This document shows positions 26,638-34,119 of a stretch of 39,015 nt of DNA, piece by piece. The DNA is from a virus (taxonomy: Duplodnaviria; Caudoviricetes). The notes beneath the pieces were generated by a model. The model made no database searches. It was given only the letters and a program-made list of their open reading frames with translations, and was not told the origin of the DNA. How positions within the stretch are numbered: the stretch's first letter is position 1; every line of letters begins with the position of its first letter. A program made the position numbers and the translations under genes. The stretch spans positions 1 through 39,015 of the IMG/VR virus record IMGVR_UViG_3300049051_000067; one strand, written 5' to 3'.

Positions 26638-26877
26638 TCAAGCGTCAGCAGCGCGTGGAACGTTCCCGATCTGGCGAATTTCCGCTACGGGCATTTGGAA
26701 GGTTTCGTGGATATTGAGGATCAGGGTGGGCGTCACATGCAGCCTGCCGTGGCGGATTTTGCTGATGATGGGCGGTGCAACGCGGAGCTTTTTTGCCAGG
26801 GCGGCGTCGTTCTTCAGTTCGTGTTGCTGCAGCAGTGCGTCCAGCAGGCTATTTGCGCCGGCGATCTTCTCTTCCAT
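26638..26877 (-). CDS. Small XRE-like HTH protein
   Basis: LLDALL...LKNDAALAKKLRVAPPIISKIRHGRL; SD TAGGAG. Confidence 0.75.
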   Translation of the reverse strand: MEEKIAGANSLLDALLQQHELKNDAALAKKLRVAPPIISKIRHGRLHVTPTLILNIHETFQMPVAEIRQIGNVPRAADA

Positions 26878-26927
26878 GCGGAACTCCTAATTTGGGTGGG
26901 GATAGGCGCTTGGCGGCGCCGCAGGGT

Positions 26928-27371
26928 TTACTTCTCGGCCATACCGGCCATGCGCACACGCAGCTGCTCCAGCGCTTGGTGCACTTTGAAGACCGCGTCG
27001 TTCACACGCGCAATCTCATGCGGCTCGATGCGACCATCGGCCAAGGCTGAATGCACTTCGGTACCAACCTCACCGCTCGCACCCCAAATGCGGGTCACTA
27101 CCTCGAGCACCGCCATGTCACACGAGCTGATGTCCGAATCAACCTTGATGCACACAAAACCGTGGTTGGCGGCCAGTGCGTGCAGCACCTGGAAGTCTTC
27201 TGTGATGCCCATGACGCGATCCGCGTCCTCCAGCAGCACCCGGTTCGCGGTGTTGTTCGGGTTCGCCTTGTTGCGCAGGATTTGCGCGGACATGCCCAAG
27301 CGAACGGCAAGCGCTTCGACTCCCCCGGCGGCGCTGTGGACGGTGTTGTGGAAAGCGTCAAGAATATTCAT
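26928..27371 (-). CDS. Phage regulatory CII-family protein
   Basis: GGVEALAVRLGMS...LRNKANPN and ALADGRIEPHE motifs; follows cro. Confidence 0.82.
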   Translation of the reverse strand: MNILDAFHNTVHSAAGGVEALAVRLGMSAQILRNKANPNNTANRVLLEDADRVMGITEDFQVLHALAANHGFVCIKVDSDISSCDMAVLEVVTRIWGASGEVGTEVHSALADGRIEPHEIARVNDAVFKVHQALEQLRVRMAGMAEK

Positions 27372-27466
27372 TTATCAACACTCAAAAAAAATGGAGAAAT
27401 TTACTTGGGGAAACCAGATACTTTGAGAAACGCAACTTTCAGGGACTTTGTGCGAACCGTTCAAAT

Positions 27467-27694
27467 TCAGCCGCCAGCAGCAGCCAGCGAAGAAGTCGGC
27501 CGCCAGATATCGGGGCGCAACGCTTCAAGGCGGAGTTTTGGTTCGTTCTCTACCAGCGCCTGGCAGAGCTTCGTACCTGGCTTTCGGTGCCCGCCGGCGA
27601 TGAGATAAAAGTAGCCAACTGACGAGTCCACAGCGGCTGCAAGCTTATGCCGCTGCTCCGGGGTTGCCTGCCGTAACCATGTTTTCATATCCAT
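27467..27694 (-). CDS. Cro-like (YdaS-type) HTH regulator
   Basis: LAAAVDSSVGYFYLIAGGHRKP ... LRPDIW; divergent from the repressor. Confidence 0.82.
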   Translation of the reverse strand: MDMKTWLRQATPEQRHKLAAAVDSSVGYFYLIAGGHRKPGTKLCQALVENEPKLRLEALRPDIWRPTSSLAAAGG

Positions 27695-27700
27695 AAGCGC

Positions 27701-27768
27701 ACTTTACCAAAAGGATAAAGTGTGATCAAGCAATATTTACCTAAAGGATAATTTATCAAAATGATGGA
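27701..27768. promoter_or_regulatory. OR region: 17-bp operators TTTAYC-N5-GRTAAA and leftward promoter TTGATC-17-TAAAGT
   Basis: Operators at 27703-27719, 27736-27752 and a degenerate one at 27752-27768; -35 at 27724-27729 and -10 at 27701-27706 on the - strand. Confidence 0.75.
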
Positions 27769-27787
27769 TTCAGGGATCATTGTGCCC

Positions 27788-28222
27788 ATGCGCTCAAAAG
27801 ACCCCCGTGCCGAGATTCGGCTATATAACGCCCGCCAAATCTCCACGCACGTAGGTGGGCAGGCAGAATTTGCACGCCGACTTCAAATGTCGGATTCACA
27901 AGCGAGCCAGATCATTGGCGAGAACCCGGTAAAGAACATCGGTAACCTCATCGCTCATCGAATCGAGGACAGTTTTGGCTACGAAAGGGGATGGCTTGAC
28001 GTTGACAGGCGGCCTACGGCACCTGGCCAAGCCCGGCCTGACTTGGCCATCGTACCGACACCTGCTCCGCCACCGGCGCCGCCCCGCTTCTACATCGATC
28101 CGGAGGAAGTGGATTTGATCAACGCATATCGAAGTGCCACCGAAAGCGGCAGACTTTCGATAAGGGCAGCCGCCGCAGCAGCAGAGAAAGTCTCAGCGCT
28201 TGTTGCCGGGAATGAGTTTTAA
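27788..28222 (+). CDS. CI-like repressor (XRE HTH) without an S24 peptidase domain
   Basis: GGQAEFARRLQMSDSQASQIIG..NIG..AHRIE..GWLD; Pro-rich linker and short helical C-terminus. Start ATG 27788 preferred (27761 possible). Confidence 0.8.
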   Translation: MRSKDPRAEIRLYNARQISTHVGGQAEFARRLQMSDSQASQIIGENPVKNIGNLIAHRIEDSFGYERGWLDVDRRPTAPGQARPDLAIVPTPAPPPAPPRFYIDPEEVDLINAYRSATESGRLSIRAAAAAAEKVSALVAGNEF

Positions 28223-28339
28223 TGCTGGGGTCCGCGCCGGGCTCATAGCACGAAGCGTTTCCAAATAGCGGACCGCTTCCTTCCTCGCTTCAGGTGTCAT
28301 CCCCTCGTATGCTGCCAACACTCGCCCGACGTTCTGCAT
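28193..28339 (-). CDS. 48-aa peptide convergent with the repressor; antirepressor candidate
   Basis: SD-like GAGGGA before ATG 28339; VLAAYEGMTPEAR resembles the repressor segment LINAYRSATESGR. Confidence 0.55.
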   Translation of the reverse strand: MQNVGRVLAAYEGMTPEARKEAVRYLETLRAMSPARTPALKLIPGNKR

Positions 28340-28475
28340 TGCATCCCTCGTAGTACGCTCGTGAATATTTACTAAAGTCACTGAATATATCCATTTGTAA
28401 ACAATTTAGTTGCTCAATGAGAATGACCTGTTGTCATTTGCTCACTGAATGACTTTTCAAAAAAGCTGATCAATT

Positions 28476-28496
28476 GTGCTATCACAGTGATAGCAC
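28476..28496. promoter_or_regulatory. Perfect 21-bp palindrome GTGCTATCAC-A-GTGATAGCAC; probable Arc-family operator
   Basis: 10-bp perfect arms 40 bp upstream of an Arc-family gene; P22 Arc and Mnt operators are also 21 bp. Confidence 0.65.
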
Positions 28497-28535
28497 TTTA
28501 CCCCATCCAATGGGCAAACGCGCCATCATCGCGCG

Positions 28536-28772
28536 ATGAACAAGCCCGTTAAAGAACCAAGAATTCAAACCGCACTTCGCTTTCCGAAGGAGCTGCACCA
28601 AGCATTAAGTGAAGCCGCCGCGATGAATGGCCGCTCACTAAACGATGAAGTGATTGCCAGGCTTCTCGCTTCGCAAACCGTTCCAGATCGGCTAGCCGCT
28701 ATCGAAGAAGGAAACAACGAAATGCGTGCAATGCTGCGAGAAATTCGCTCAGCCGTAACACACGGCTCCTGA
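28536..28772 (+). CDS. Arc-family ribbon-helix-helix DNA-binding protein
   Basis: TALRFPKELHQALSEAAAMNGRSLNDEVIARL signature followed by a coiled-coil tail. Confidence 0.88.
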   Translation: MNKPVKEPRIQTALRFPKELHQALSEAAAMNGRSLNDEVIARLLASQTVPDRLAAIEEGNNEMRAMLREIRSAVTHGS

Positions 28773-28789
28773 CCCTTCCTTTCACCATG

Positions 28790-28815
28790 AAAGCCCGCTT
28801 TGCGGGCTTTTTTTT
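28790..28815 (+). terminator. Intrinsic terminator
   Basis: AAAGCCCGC-TTT-GCGGGCTTT hairpin running into a T8 tract. Confidence 0.85.
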
Positions 28816-28845
28816 CGTCCAGATGCAGCAGGCCTCCACGGCAAA

Positions 28846-28897
28846 TTAATCTTTTTGGTAAATATTGCTTGCAGCGACTTTATCTTTTTAGTAAAGT
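28846..28897 (+). promoter_or_regulatory. OL region: two 17-bp operators and promoter TTGCAG-17-TAAAGT
   Basis: Operators at 28846-28862 and 28879-28895; -35 at 28869-28874 and -10 at 28892-28897. The block is an inverted near-copy of 27701-27752. Confidence 0.75.
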
Positions 28898-28937
28898 TCT
28901 CGCATCTTAGCGTTGTTTCCCAGAAAGGATTTGGCGG

Positions 28938-29345
28938 ATGGTCGATGCAAACAATCCCCTTGGCCCGCTCTTAGTGGTCATTGAAGAGTGCGCTGCACGC
29001 GCGTTGGTGCGCTCTGCGACTAGCGCCGGCGCGCCGGCCGAAACCGCCCTTTACTTCGTTGCGCTGCTCGGCCATGAGCTCTGCAACTTGAACGCCGACG
29101 CGGGCGTAAAACTGCTTGACCTCGTTGACGCCTCGACACTTCAGCCAACTGCGCCAGGATGCAACATCCCCGACGAAATCTTGGGCGCGGTACGCCTGGC
29201 CTCCAACCGCCGCGACGAGCTGGGCGACTCGCTTACTCTCTACCACTTCGTCGGGGGCCTCCAGGCAATTATGGAGTCGGCAGGCCGCCAGGATGTAGCG
29301 GAAGCCATCAATCGCCTCGCTAAACCACAACAGAGGCCAGCGTGA
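28938..29345 (+). CDS. Hypothetical protein, first gene of the early operon
   Basis: SD AAGGA; 135 aa helical; GTGA overlap with the next ORF. Confidence 0.6.
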   Translation: MVDANNPLGPLLVVIEECAARALVRSATSAGAPAETALYFVALLGHELCNLNADAGVKLLDLVDASTLQPTAPGCNIPDEILGAVRLASNRRDELGDSLTLYHFVGGLQAIMESAGRQDVAEAINRLAKPQQRPA

Positions 29346-29497
29346 GCGCCTTTAACGTGACGATCTACCTGCCAGGCGCCTCGTTGCGATTTCATGCCAT
29401 CGGAACTTCCAGCTGCGCGGTGCTTGCCGCCGCCATTGATCGCTTTGGTCTGTGCGCCATCTCGGTGCTGCCGCTGGTACGAGGCGGTGCGAAATGA
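29342..29497 (+). CDS. Small hypothetical protein (51 aa, not in the ORF track)
   Basis: Translates MSAFNVTIYLPGASLRFHAIGTSSCAVLAAAIDRFGLCAISVLPLVRGGAK; start/stop overlaps on both sides. Confidence 0.6.
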   Translation: MSAFNVTIYLPGASLRFHAIGTSSCAVLAAAIDRFGLCAISVLPLVRGGAK

Positions 29498-29595
29498 TCG
29501 CCCTCTACCGGCTATATCGCTTTTATCGTGCGCGGGGCGGTGGCATTAAGCCGGCAGCGATCAAAGCCTGGAATGTCTACCGGAACGGGTTCTGA
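29494..29595 (+). CDS. Small basic peptide (33 aa, not in the ORF track)
   Basis: Translates MIALYRLYRFYRARGGGIKPAAIKAWNVYRNGF; ATGA overlap upstream and its stop abuts the next ATG. Confidence 0.55.
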   Translation: MIALYRLYRFYRARGGGIKPAAIKAWNVYRNGF

Positions 29596-29784
29596 ATGAA
29601 GCGCATCCAGCCTGATCGTGCCGCGCTAGAGATTGCGCACCGCAACCTCGGCGCCAAGCCAAGTTTGACCGACATGCTGGACCACCCCGCGCTCCGAATC
29701 ATTTTAGAAAACCGTGCACGGCAACACATGCAGCGCCGCGCACGGCTTGATGTGAAAAAGCTGCAAGCCAACGACAACGACTGA
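29596..29784 (+). CDS. Hypothetical protein
   Basis: 62 aa in a tightly packed operon; ends DVKKLQANDND. Confidence 0.65.
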   Translation: MKRIQPDRAALEIAHRNLGAKPSLTDMLDHPALRIILENRARQHMQRRARLDVKKLQANDND

Positions 29785-29796
29785 AAGGACTATGCG

Positions 29797-30114
29797 ATGC
29801 AATTCGCCCTGAACAGGCCAGCGCTGCAAACGGCCGGCCAAATCCTGCTGCAGCAATGCCATGCAGCGGCTGCAACCGGCAATGCTCCGGCGCCATCCAC
29901 CGATGACCTGGTGCTCCAGGCCATCACCGAACTGACCCGCGCCGCAGCTGGCGCCCGCACTGGCCAGCTGGACCACACCGCGCAGCCGCCGCGCCCCCAG
30001 CTGGAGGTCAGCCTGGCCCGCACCATGTCGCACATCTCGCACCTGGCCGCCCTGCAGGGCATCGACCTGGGCAGCGCCATCGCCAACCACCTGGCCCCGC
30101 TGGAGGTCGCATGA
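29797..30114 (+). CDS. Hypothetical protein
   Basis: SD AAGGA; 105 aa; ATGA overlap downstream. Confidence 0.6.
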   Translation: MQFALNRPALQTAGQILLQQCHAAAATGNAPAPSTDDLVLQAITELTRAAAGARTGQLDHTAQPPRPQLEVSLARTMSHISHLAALQGIDLGSAIANHLAPLEVA

Positions 30115-30467
30115 AGAACGGCGCCGCCTTCTCGGTCTTCCTGCAGGACCTGCGCGACGGCCGCGCGCACGCAGAGCTGACCGGCAAACTGGGTGAGCTG
30201 CTGGCCGCCGTCAAGGCCACGGGCAAGGCCGGATCGGTCACGCTGAAGATCGACGTGAAGCCGGCGGGCCGCGGTTCCGACGTGGACAAGGTCACGATCA
30301 CCGACGCGGTGACGGCCAAGATTCCAGCGCCGGATCGCGGCCAGGACTTCTACTGGCTCACCGACGACAACAACCTCTCGCGCAACCACCCGCGTCAGCA
30401 CGCCCTGGACTTGCGCGACGTATCGAGCACCACCCCTCCCTCCACCTTTAAGGAAGCCGTCCAATGA
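30111..30467 (+). CDS. Conserved phage protein, usual partner of DUF2303 (YfdP-like)
   Basis: FLQDLRDG..ELT..L..L..AV..TGK.G.VTL.I.VKP and F..TDD.NLSR..PRQ. Confidence 0.72.
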   Translation: MKNGAAFSVFLQDLRDGRAHAELTGKLGELLAAVKATGKAGSVTLKIDVKPAGRGSDVDKVTITDAVTAKIPAPDRGQDFYWLTDDNNLSRNHPRQHALDLRDVSSTTPPSTFKEAVQ

Positions 30468-31354
30468 ACGAAACGCAAAACTCCAGCACCACCGACGTCA
30501 TCGGCCAAGCCTTGGCCCCTGTCGGCGCCGAGACCCTCCAGATCGACTCGTCCGCGATGAAGTTGATGACTGCGCTGGCCCACGCCAGCGCGGCCATCCA
30601 ACAGTGTTCCGGCACCACCCACCTGGTGGTGCCGGAGGGCTTCAAGCACATTGACCTGACCAGCGCGATCGAGAAGGCAGCACCGGCGCCCACTCGCAAA
30701 CAAGGCACCGTGCAACTGAGCGATCTGGACAGCTTCCTGACCTATGTGCGCCAGCAGGGCGCCACGGCCAGCACGCTGATCTTCGCAGACGTGGACGCAC
30801 GCACGCTGACGGCGGTCTTCAACGACCACACCCCGGTGGAGGGCGGGAACCAGCCGGGCTGGCGTGATCACCGCGCGGTCTACACCGCCGCACTGAGCCC
30901 GGAGTTCGCAACCTGGTCGAAGAACGACCGCAACGCCATGGATCAGGAGGCGTTCGCGATCTTCATTGAAGACAACATCGCCGATGTGATCGAACCCAGC
31001 GGCGAGACTCTGTTGAAGGTCGCCCTGACCCTCCAGGCGAAGACCGACGTGAACTTCAGCAGCGCGCGCCGCCTGGACAACGGCCAGGTGCAGTTCACCT
31101 ACGAGGAGAACACCACGGCCTCTGCTGGCGGGGGCAGCGTCGAGATCCCGCGCGAGTTCACGCTGGGCATGCGCCTGTTCAAGGGCGCCGCGGGCTACAA
31201 GCTGCGCGCGCGACTGAAGTACCGCCTGGCCGGCGGCAAGCTGAAATTCTGGTATGAGCTGGACCGCCCGCACCTGGCCGTCGAGGCAGCGTTCAATGAG
31301 TACGTCCAGCAGGCGCGCGGCGGTCAGTTCACGCTGCTGATCGGGAAGGCGTAA
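30464..31354 (+). CDS. DUF2303 (YfdQ-like) protein
   Basis: LTAVFNDH, GWRDHRAVY, QEAFAIFIEDN and ARLKYR motifs. Confidence 0.82.
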   Translation: MNETQNSSTTDVIGQALAPVGAETLQIDSSAMKLMTALAHASAAIQQCSGTTHLVVPEGFKHIDLTSAIEKAAPAPTRKQGTVQLSDLDSFLTYVRQQGATASTLIFADVDARTLTAVFNDHTPVEGGNQPGWRDHRAVYTAALSPEFATWSKNDRNAMDQEAFAIFIEDNIADVIEPSGETLLKVALTLQAKTDVNFSSARRLDNGQVQFTYEENTTASAGGGSVEIPREFTLGMRLFKGAAGYKLRARLKYRLAGGKLKFWYELDRPHLAVEAAFNEYVQQARGGQFTLLIGKA

Positions 31355-31356
31355 CC

Positions 31357-31638
31357 ATGAATTTCCACACCTGGCTGGCTGGCTTCGAGTCCCACGAGCA
31401 GGCCGCGCGCACCGCCTTCGATCAGCTCCTGAAGCTGCGCGCCGAAGCGACCTACTTCCCGGCCTCGCAGCCGCCGGATTCCGACATCCTCGTGTTGATG
31501 TCGATGTCGGATGGTGAGGTGTATCCGGGCTATCTGGACGGCCAGGTGTGGCGTTACGCCGATGCGATGCCGGTCGGCATCGTGGAGGTGCTGGCTTGGC
31601 GACACATGCCGGCTGGCCACCTGGCGGCGGAGGCGTAA
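31357..31638 (+). CDS. Hypothetical protein with DUF551-like C-terminus
   Basis: PPDSDILVL ... GYLDG..W ... V.AWRHMP. Confidence 0.55.
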   Translation: MNFHTWLAGFESHEQAARTAFDQLLKLRAEATYFPASQPPDSDILVLMSMSDGEVYPGYLDGQVWRYADAMPVGIVEVLAWRHMPAGHLAAEA

Positions 31639-31640
31639 GG

Positions 31641-32042
31641 ATGCCACGCCCAAATACCCAACGCCGGCCAGGACGCCGCTGGACCGCCAACACCCCAATG
31701 GTACGGGACACACACCGCCGCCTTGCGCTGGAGCTGCGCCTGGCCGTCGAATCGCTCGTCGGCGCTCCCTCGCCAGACTCGTACAACGTGCTGTCGAAAA
31801 TGCTGGCGTCCTTGCGCCGTGCCGGCGTGGCTGCCGCAGCACTGGAGCCGGCCACTATTGCCATGAACCAGATCTGCGACCGCTTCGAACGCGTCGGCAA
31901 GGTCGGCCTGAGCGGCGATGAGGCAGCGATCCTGCGCCGCGAGGCGGGCAACCTGGAACGCTTGTTGCCCGCCCTGCCTGTCAACGTCTTCGCCCAGGCC
32001 GTGGCCGAGGTCGAAGTCTTCTGCGCCACTGCAGGCGCCTAA
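31641..32042 (+). CDS. Hypothetical phage protein
   Basis: Start reassigned to ATG 31641 after the upstream stop; ICDRFERVGKVGL motif. Confidence 0.6.
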   Translation: MPRPNTQRRPGRRWTANTPMVRDTHRRLALELRLAVESLVGAPSPDSYNVLSKMLASLRRAGVAAAALEPATIAMNQICDRFERVGKVGLSGDEAAILRREAGNLERLLPALPVNVFAQAVAEVEVFCATAGA

Positions 32043-32060
32043 ACGCAAGGGAATCATGCA

Positions 32061-32315
32061 ATGACCCGGAAAGAATACGCGAAAGCCAAGATCCGGGCTG
32101 CTGCCAAGCGCTGCGAAGTCGCCGAGGAGAGCTGGCGCGCGGCTGCCCAAGCGATCAATGGCTCGATCAGCACGAATGGCTACGGCATCCACCATGACCG
32201 CTTCCAGCTGCGCTACAAGCTGCTGGAGGCCCAGAAGCATATCGAGCAGTCGCTGGCCACCCTCAACGGGGTCGAGTGGCCAGTTGACTCCGATTACGAC
32301 ATCGCTGAAATGTAA
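32061..32315 (+). CDS. Hypothetical protein
   Basis: SD AAGGGA; 84 aa in the operon. Confidence 0.6.
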   Translation: MTRKEYAKAKIRAAAKRCEVAEESWRAAAQAINGSISTNGYGIHHDRFQLRYKLLEAQKHIEQSLATLNGVEWPVDSDYDIAEM

Positions 32316-32324
32316 GGATACGCA

Positions 32325-33047
32325 ATGAAAAACCTCACTCGCCGCATCACATCCATCGCGCAGCGCTTCGAGAGCGCAGTCCGCCGGCTCATGCCTTGGC
32401 TGCCAGCGGCAGCGCCCGGACCAACCCGTACGCCGGCGCTGAACAAGATCCTGCTCAATTTGTGCGGTGGCGACAGAGAGCTGGCCTTGTATGTGCTGCG
32501 CTGGATTGCGCTGCCCCTGCGCCGACCACGCACGAAGATGGCGACGGCGCTGTGGCTCCGCGGCGGCCAAGGAAACGGCAAGAGCCTCTTCTTCGAGCGC
32601 CTGATCGCTCCGCTATTTCGCGAGCACGCGGCACTTGCTTCCCGGGACCAGCTCACGTCCCACCTCAATCACTGGATGATCAATAAGCATTTCGTCGTGG
32701 TCACGGATGACGCCCGGATCGGCCAGAGTGCGGCCAAACTCAAGCAGCTCCTGACAAGCCAGGCGCTGATGGTCCACCAGCAGGGCCGCTCCCCGCTCCG
32801 TATGCGGAACCATATGAACTTTGTCGTCCTGTCTGGACAGGCTGATGCGCTGGCCATCGACCCTTACGACAGGCGTTTCGTCGCAATCGACACCGGCCCA
32901 ACCTTGCCCGCAGCAGTCTACTTCGCAGCGATCGAAGAGATCGAGAGCGGTGGCATTGATGCATACCACAAATACCTCACCAAGCAGATCAGGATGGACG
33001 GCTTCTCACCGTTTGCCCCTCCCCCAGTAAAGGACAATTCGCAATGA
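32325..33047 (+). CDS. Stand-alone D5-like/DUF5906 SF3 helicase-domain protein, paralogous to the C-terminus of the primase-helicase
   Basis: LRWIALPL..P.TKM.TAL, Walker A GGQGNGKSLFF and DRRF are collinear with the 23719..26418 product. Confidence 0.82.
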   Translation: MKNLTRRITSIAQRFESAVRRLMPWLPAAAPGPTRTPALNKILLNLCGGDRELALYVLRWIALPLRRPRTKMATALWLRGGQGNGKSLFFERLIAPLFREHAALASRDQLTSHLNHWMINKHFVVVTDDARIGQSAAKLKQLLTSQALMVHQQGRSPLRMRNHMNFVVLSGQADALAIDPYDRRFVAIDTGPTLPAAVYFAAIEEIESGGIDAYHKYLTKQIRMDGFSPFAPPPVKDNSQ

Positions 33048-33712
33048 GCAGCGACAAACTGAAAGAACAATCAACTGGTCAGGTGTACGGCATCATCGAC
33101 CCGGACTATGGGCGCATCTATACGATGGTGCGGAAGCTGGCATGGGAAGAAGGCTACGCAATCGGCCTGCACGGATCGTTCACGCGCGACTTGGACATGA
33201 TTGCCGTACCCTGGGCCGAATGGAAACCATGCAAGCCGGAAAAGCTGATCGCCCGCATCTGCCAAGCCACCGGGCTGCGTGAGCAGCACGGCAACCCGGG
33301 AACCAAACCTCACGGCCGCAAGGTCTGGACGTTGCTTTTCCCCGAGTTCGGCGATCCGCGCTTTGTCGATCTGTCAGTAATCACACATGACCAGTCCCGC
33401 GCTGCTCAAGATGTGATGGCCGAGCGCCGGCGCCAAGTCGAGCAAAAAGAGTGGTCACCCGAGCATGACGACAGTCACCCTGGCGGAGAGCTCGCCGCAT
33501 TTGCAGCCGTATACGCGATGCCACCAGCAGCTCGCGACTGGCCAGCTGCTGAGACTGGCTATGGCGCCACCTTCGCCGAGGCGCTCTGCCCTGCAGACTG
33601 GACTCCGAAATTCGGCGGGCGGCGCCGCGATCTGGTCAAGGCCGGCGCGCTGATCTTGGCCGAGATCGAGCGCCTGGACCGTGAAGAGCTGGCACATAAG
33701 GGGGCACGATGA
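33044..33712 (+). CDS. Fusion of a nucleotidyltransferase-like N-domain and a MazG-like all-alpha C-domain
   Basis: GYAIGLHGS.TRDLDMIAVPW (hGS..DxD) then DVMAERRRQ..W.PEHDD ... RRDLVKAGALILAEIERLD. Confidence 0.55.
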   Translation: MSSDKLKEQSTGQVYGIIDPDYGRIYTMVRKLAWEEGYAIGLHGSFTRDLDMIAVPWAEWKPCKPEKLIARICQATGLREQHGNPGTKPHGRKVWTLLFPEFGDPRFVDLSVITHDQSRAAQDVMAERRRQVEQKEWSPEHDDSHPGGELAAFAAVYAMPPAARDWPAAETGYGATFAEALCPADWTPKFGGRRRDLVKAGALILAEIERLDREELAHKGAR

Positions 33713-34119
33713 ATTCCGCCGTGGCTGCCATCCAGTTTGCCCTTGAAGACGAGGACGGTTTGGAATTTCTCCGCTTCTGGCACCAGGGCGATTTCGACGT
33801 CTTGCGTCAAAGTTGGCCTAACGCACCTGAAGCTGTTTACATCGGCGCTGACCCAGAGCACCCCATGACCCCTTCGGTGCTCGATTCCGAAATGGATGCA
33901 ACGCGGCTCGAAAAGCTGCTGCAGTGCTGCACCAAGGCCCAGGCCAAGTTCTACGGCGGCAATGAGATCAAAGGGATCACGCTCACCATCAAGGCGAGCG
34001 TTGAAACCAGCCCCGGATTCCAAACCGAATTGCGCAAGATGATCGATGAAATGCGGCCGATCCGTCTCGGTGATCAGGTCGACAGCGATACCGGGAAGGA
34101 TGCCTCCACCAATGAGTAA
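33709..34119 (+). CDS. Hypothetical phage protein
   Basis: ATGA-coupled; AAIQFAL..EFLR.W..G.FD..R..WP.APE.VYIGADP N-terminal block. Confidence 0.6.
   Translation: MNSAVAAIQFALEDEDGLEFLRFWHQGDFDVLRQSWPNAPEAVYIGADPEHPMTPSVLDSEMDATRLEKLLQCCTKAQAKFYGGNEIKGITLTIKASVETSPGFQTELRKMIDEMRPIRLGDQVDSDTGKDASTNE

Noticed and set aside
28381-28394. CTGAATATATCCAT as a LexA/SOS box upstream of the antirepressor candidate
   Set aside because: It spans 14 bp rather than the 16-bp CTGT-N8-ACAG and both half-sites mismatch.
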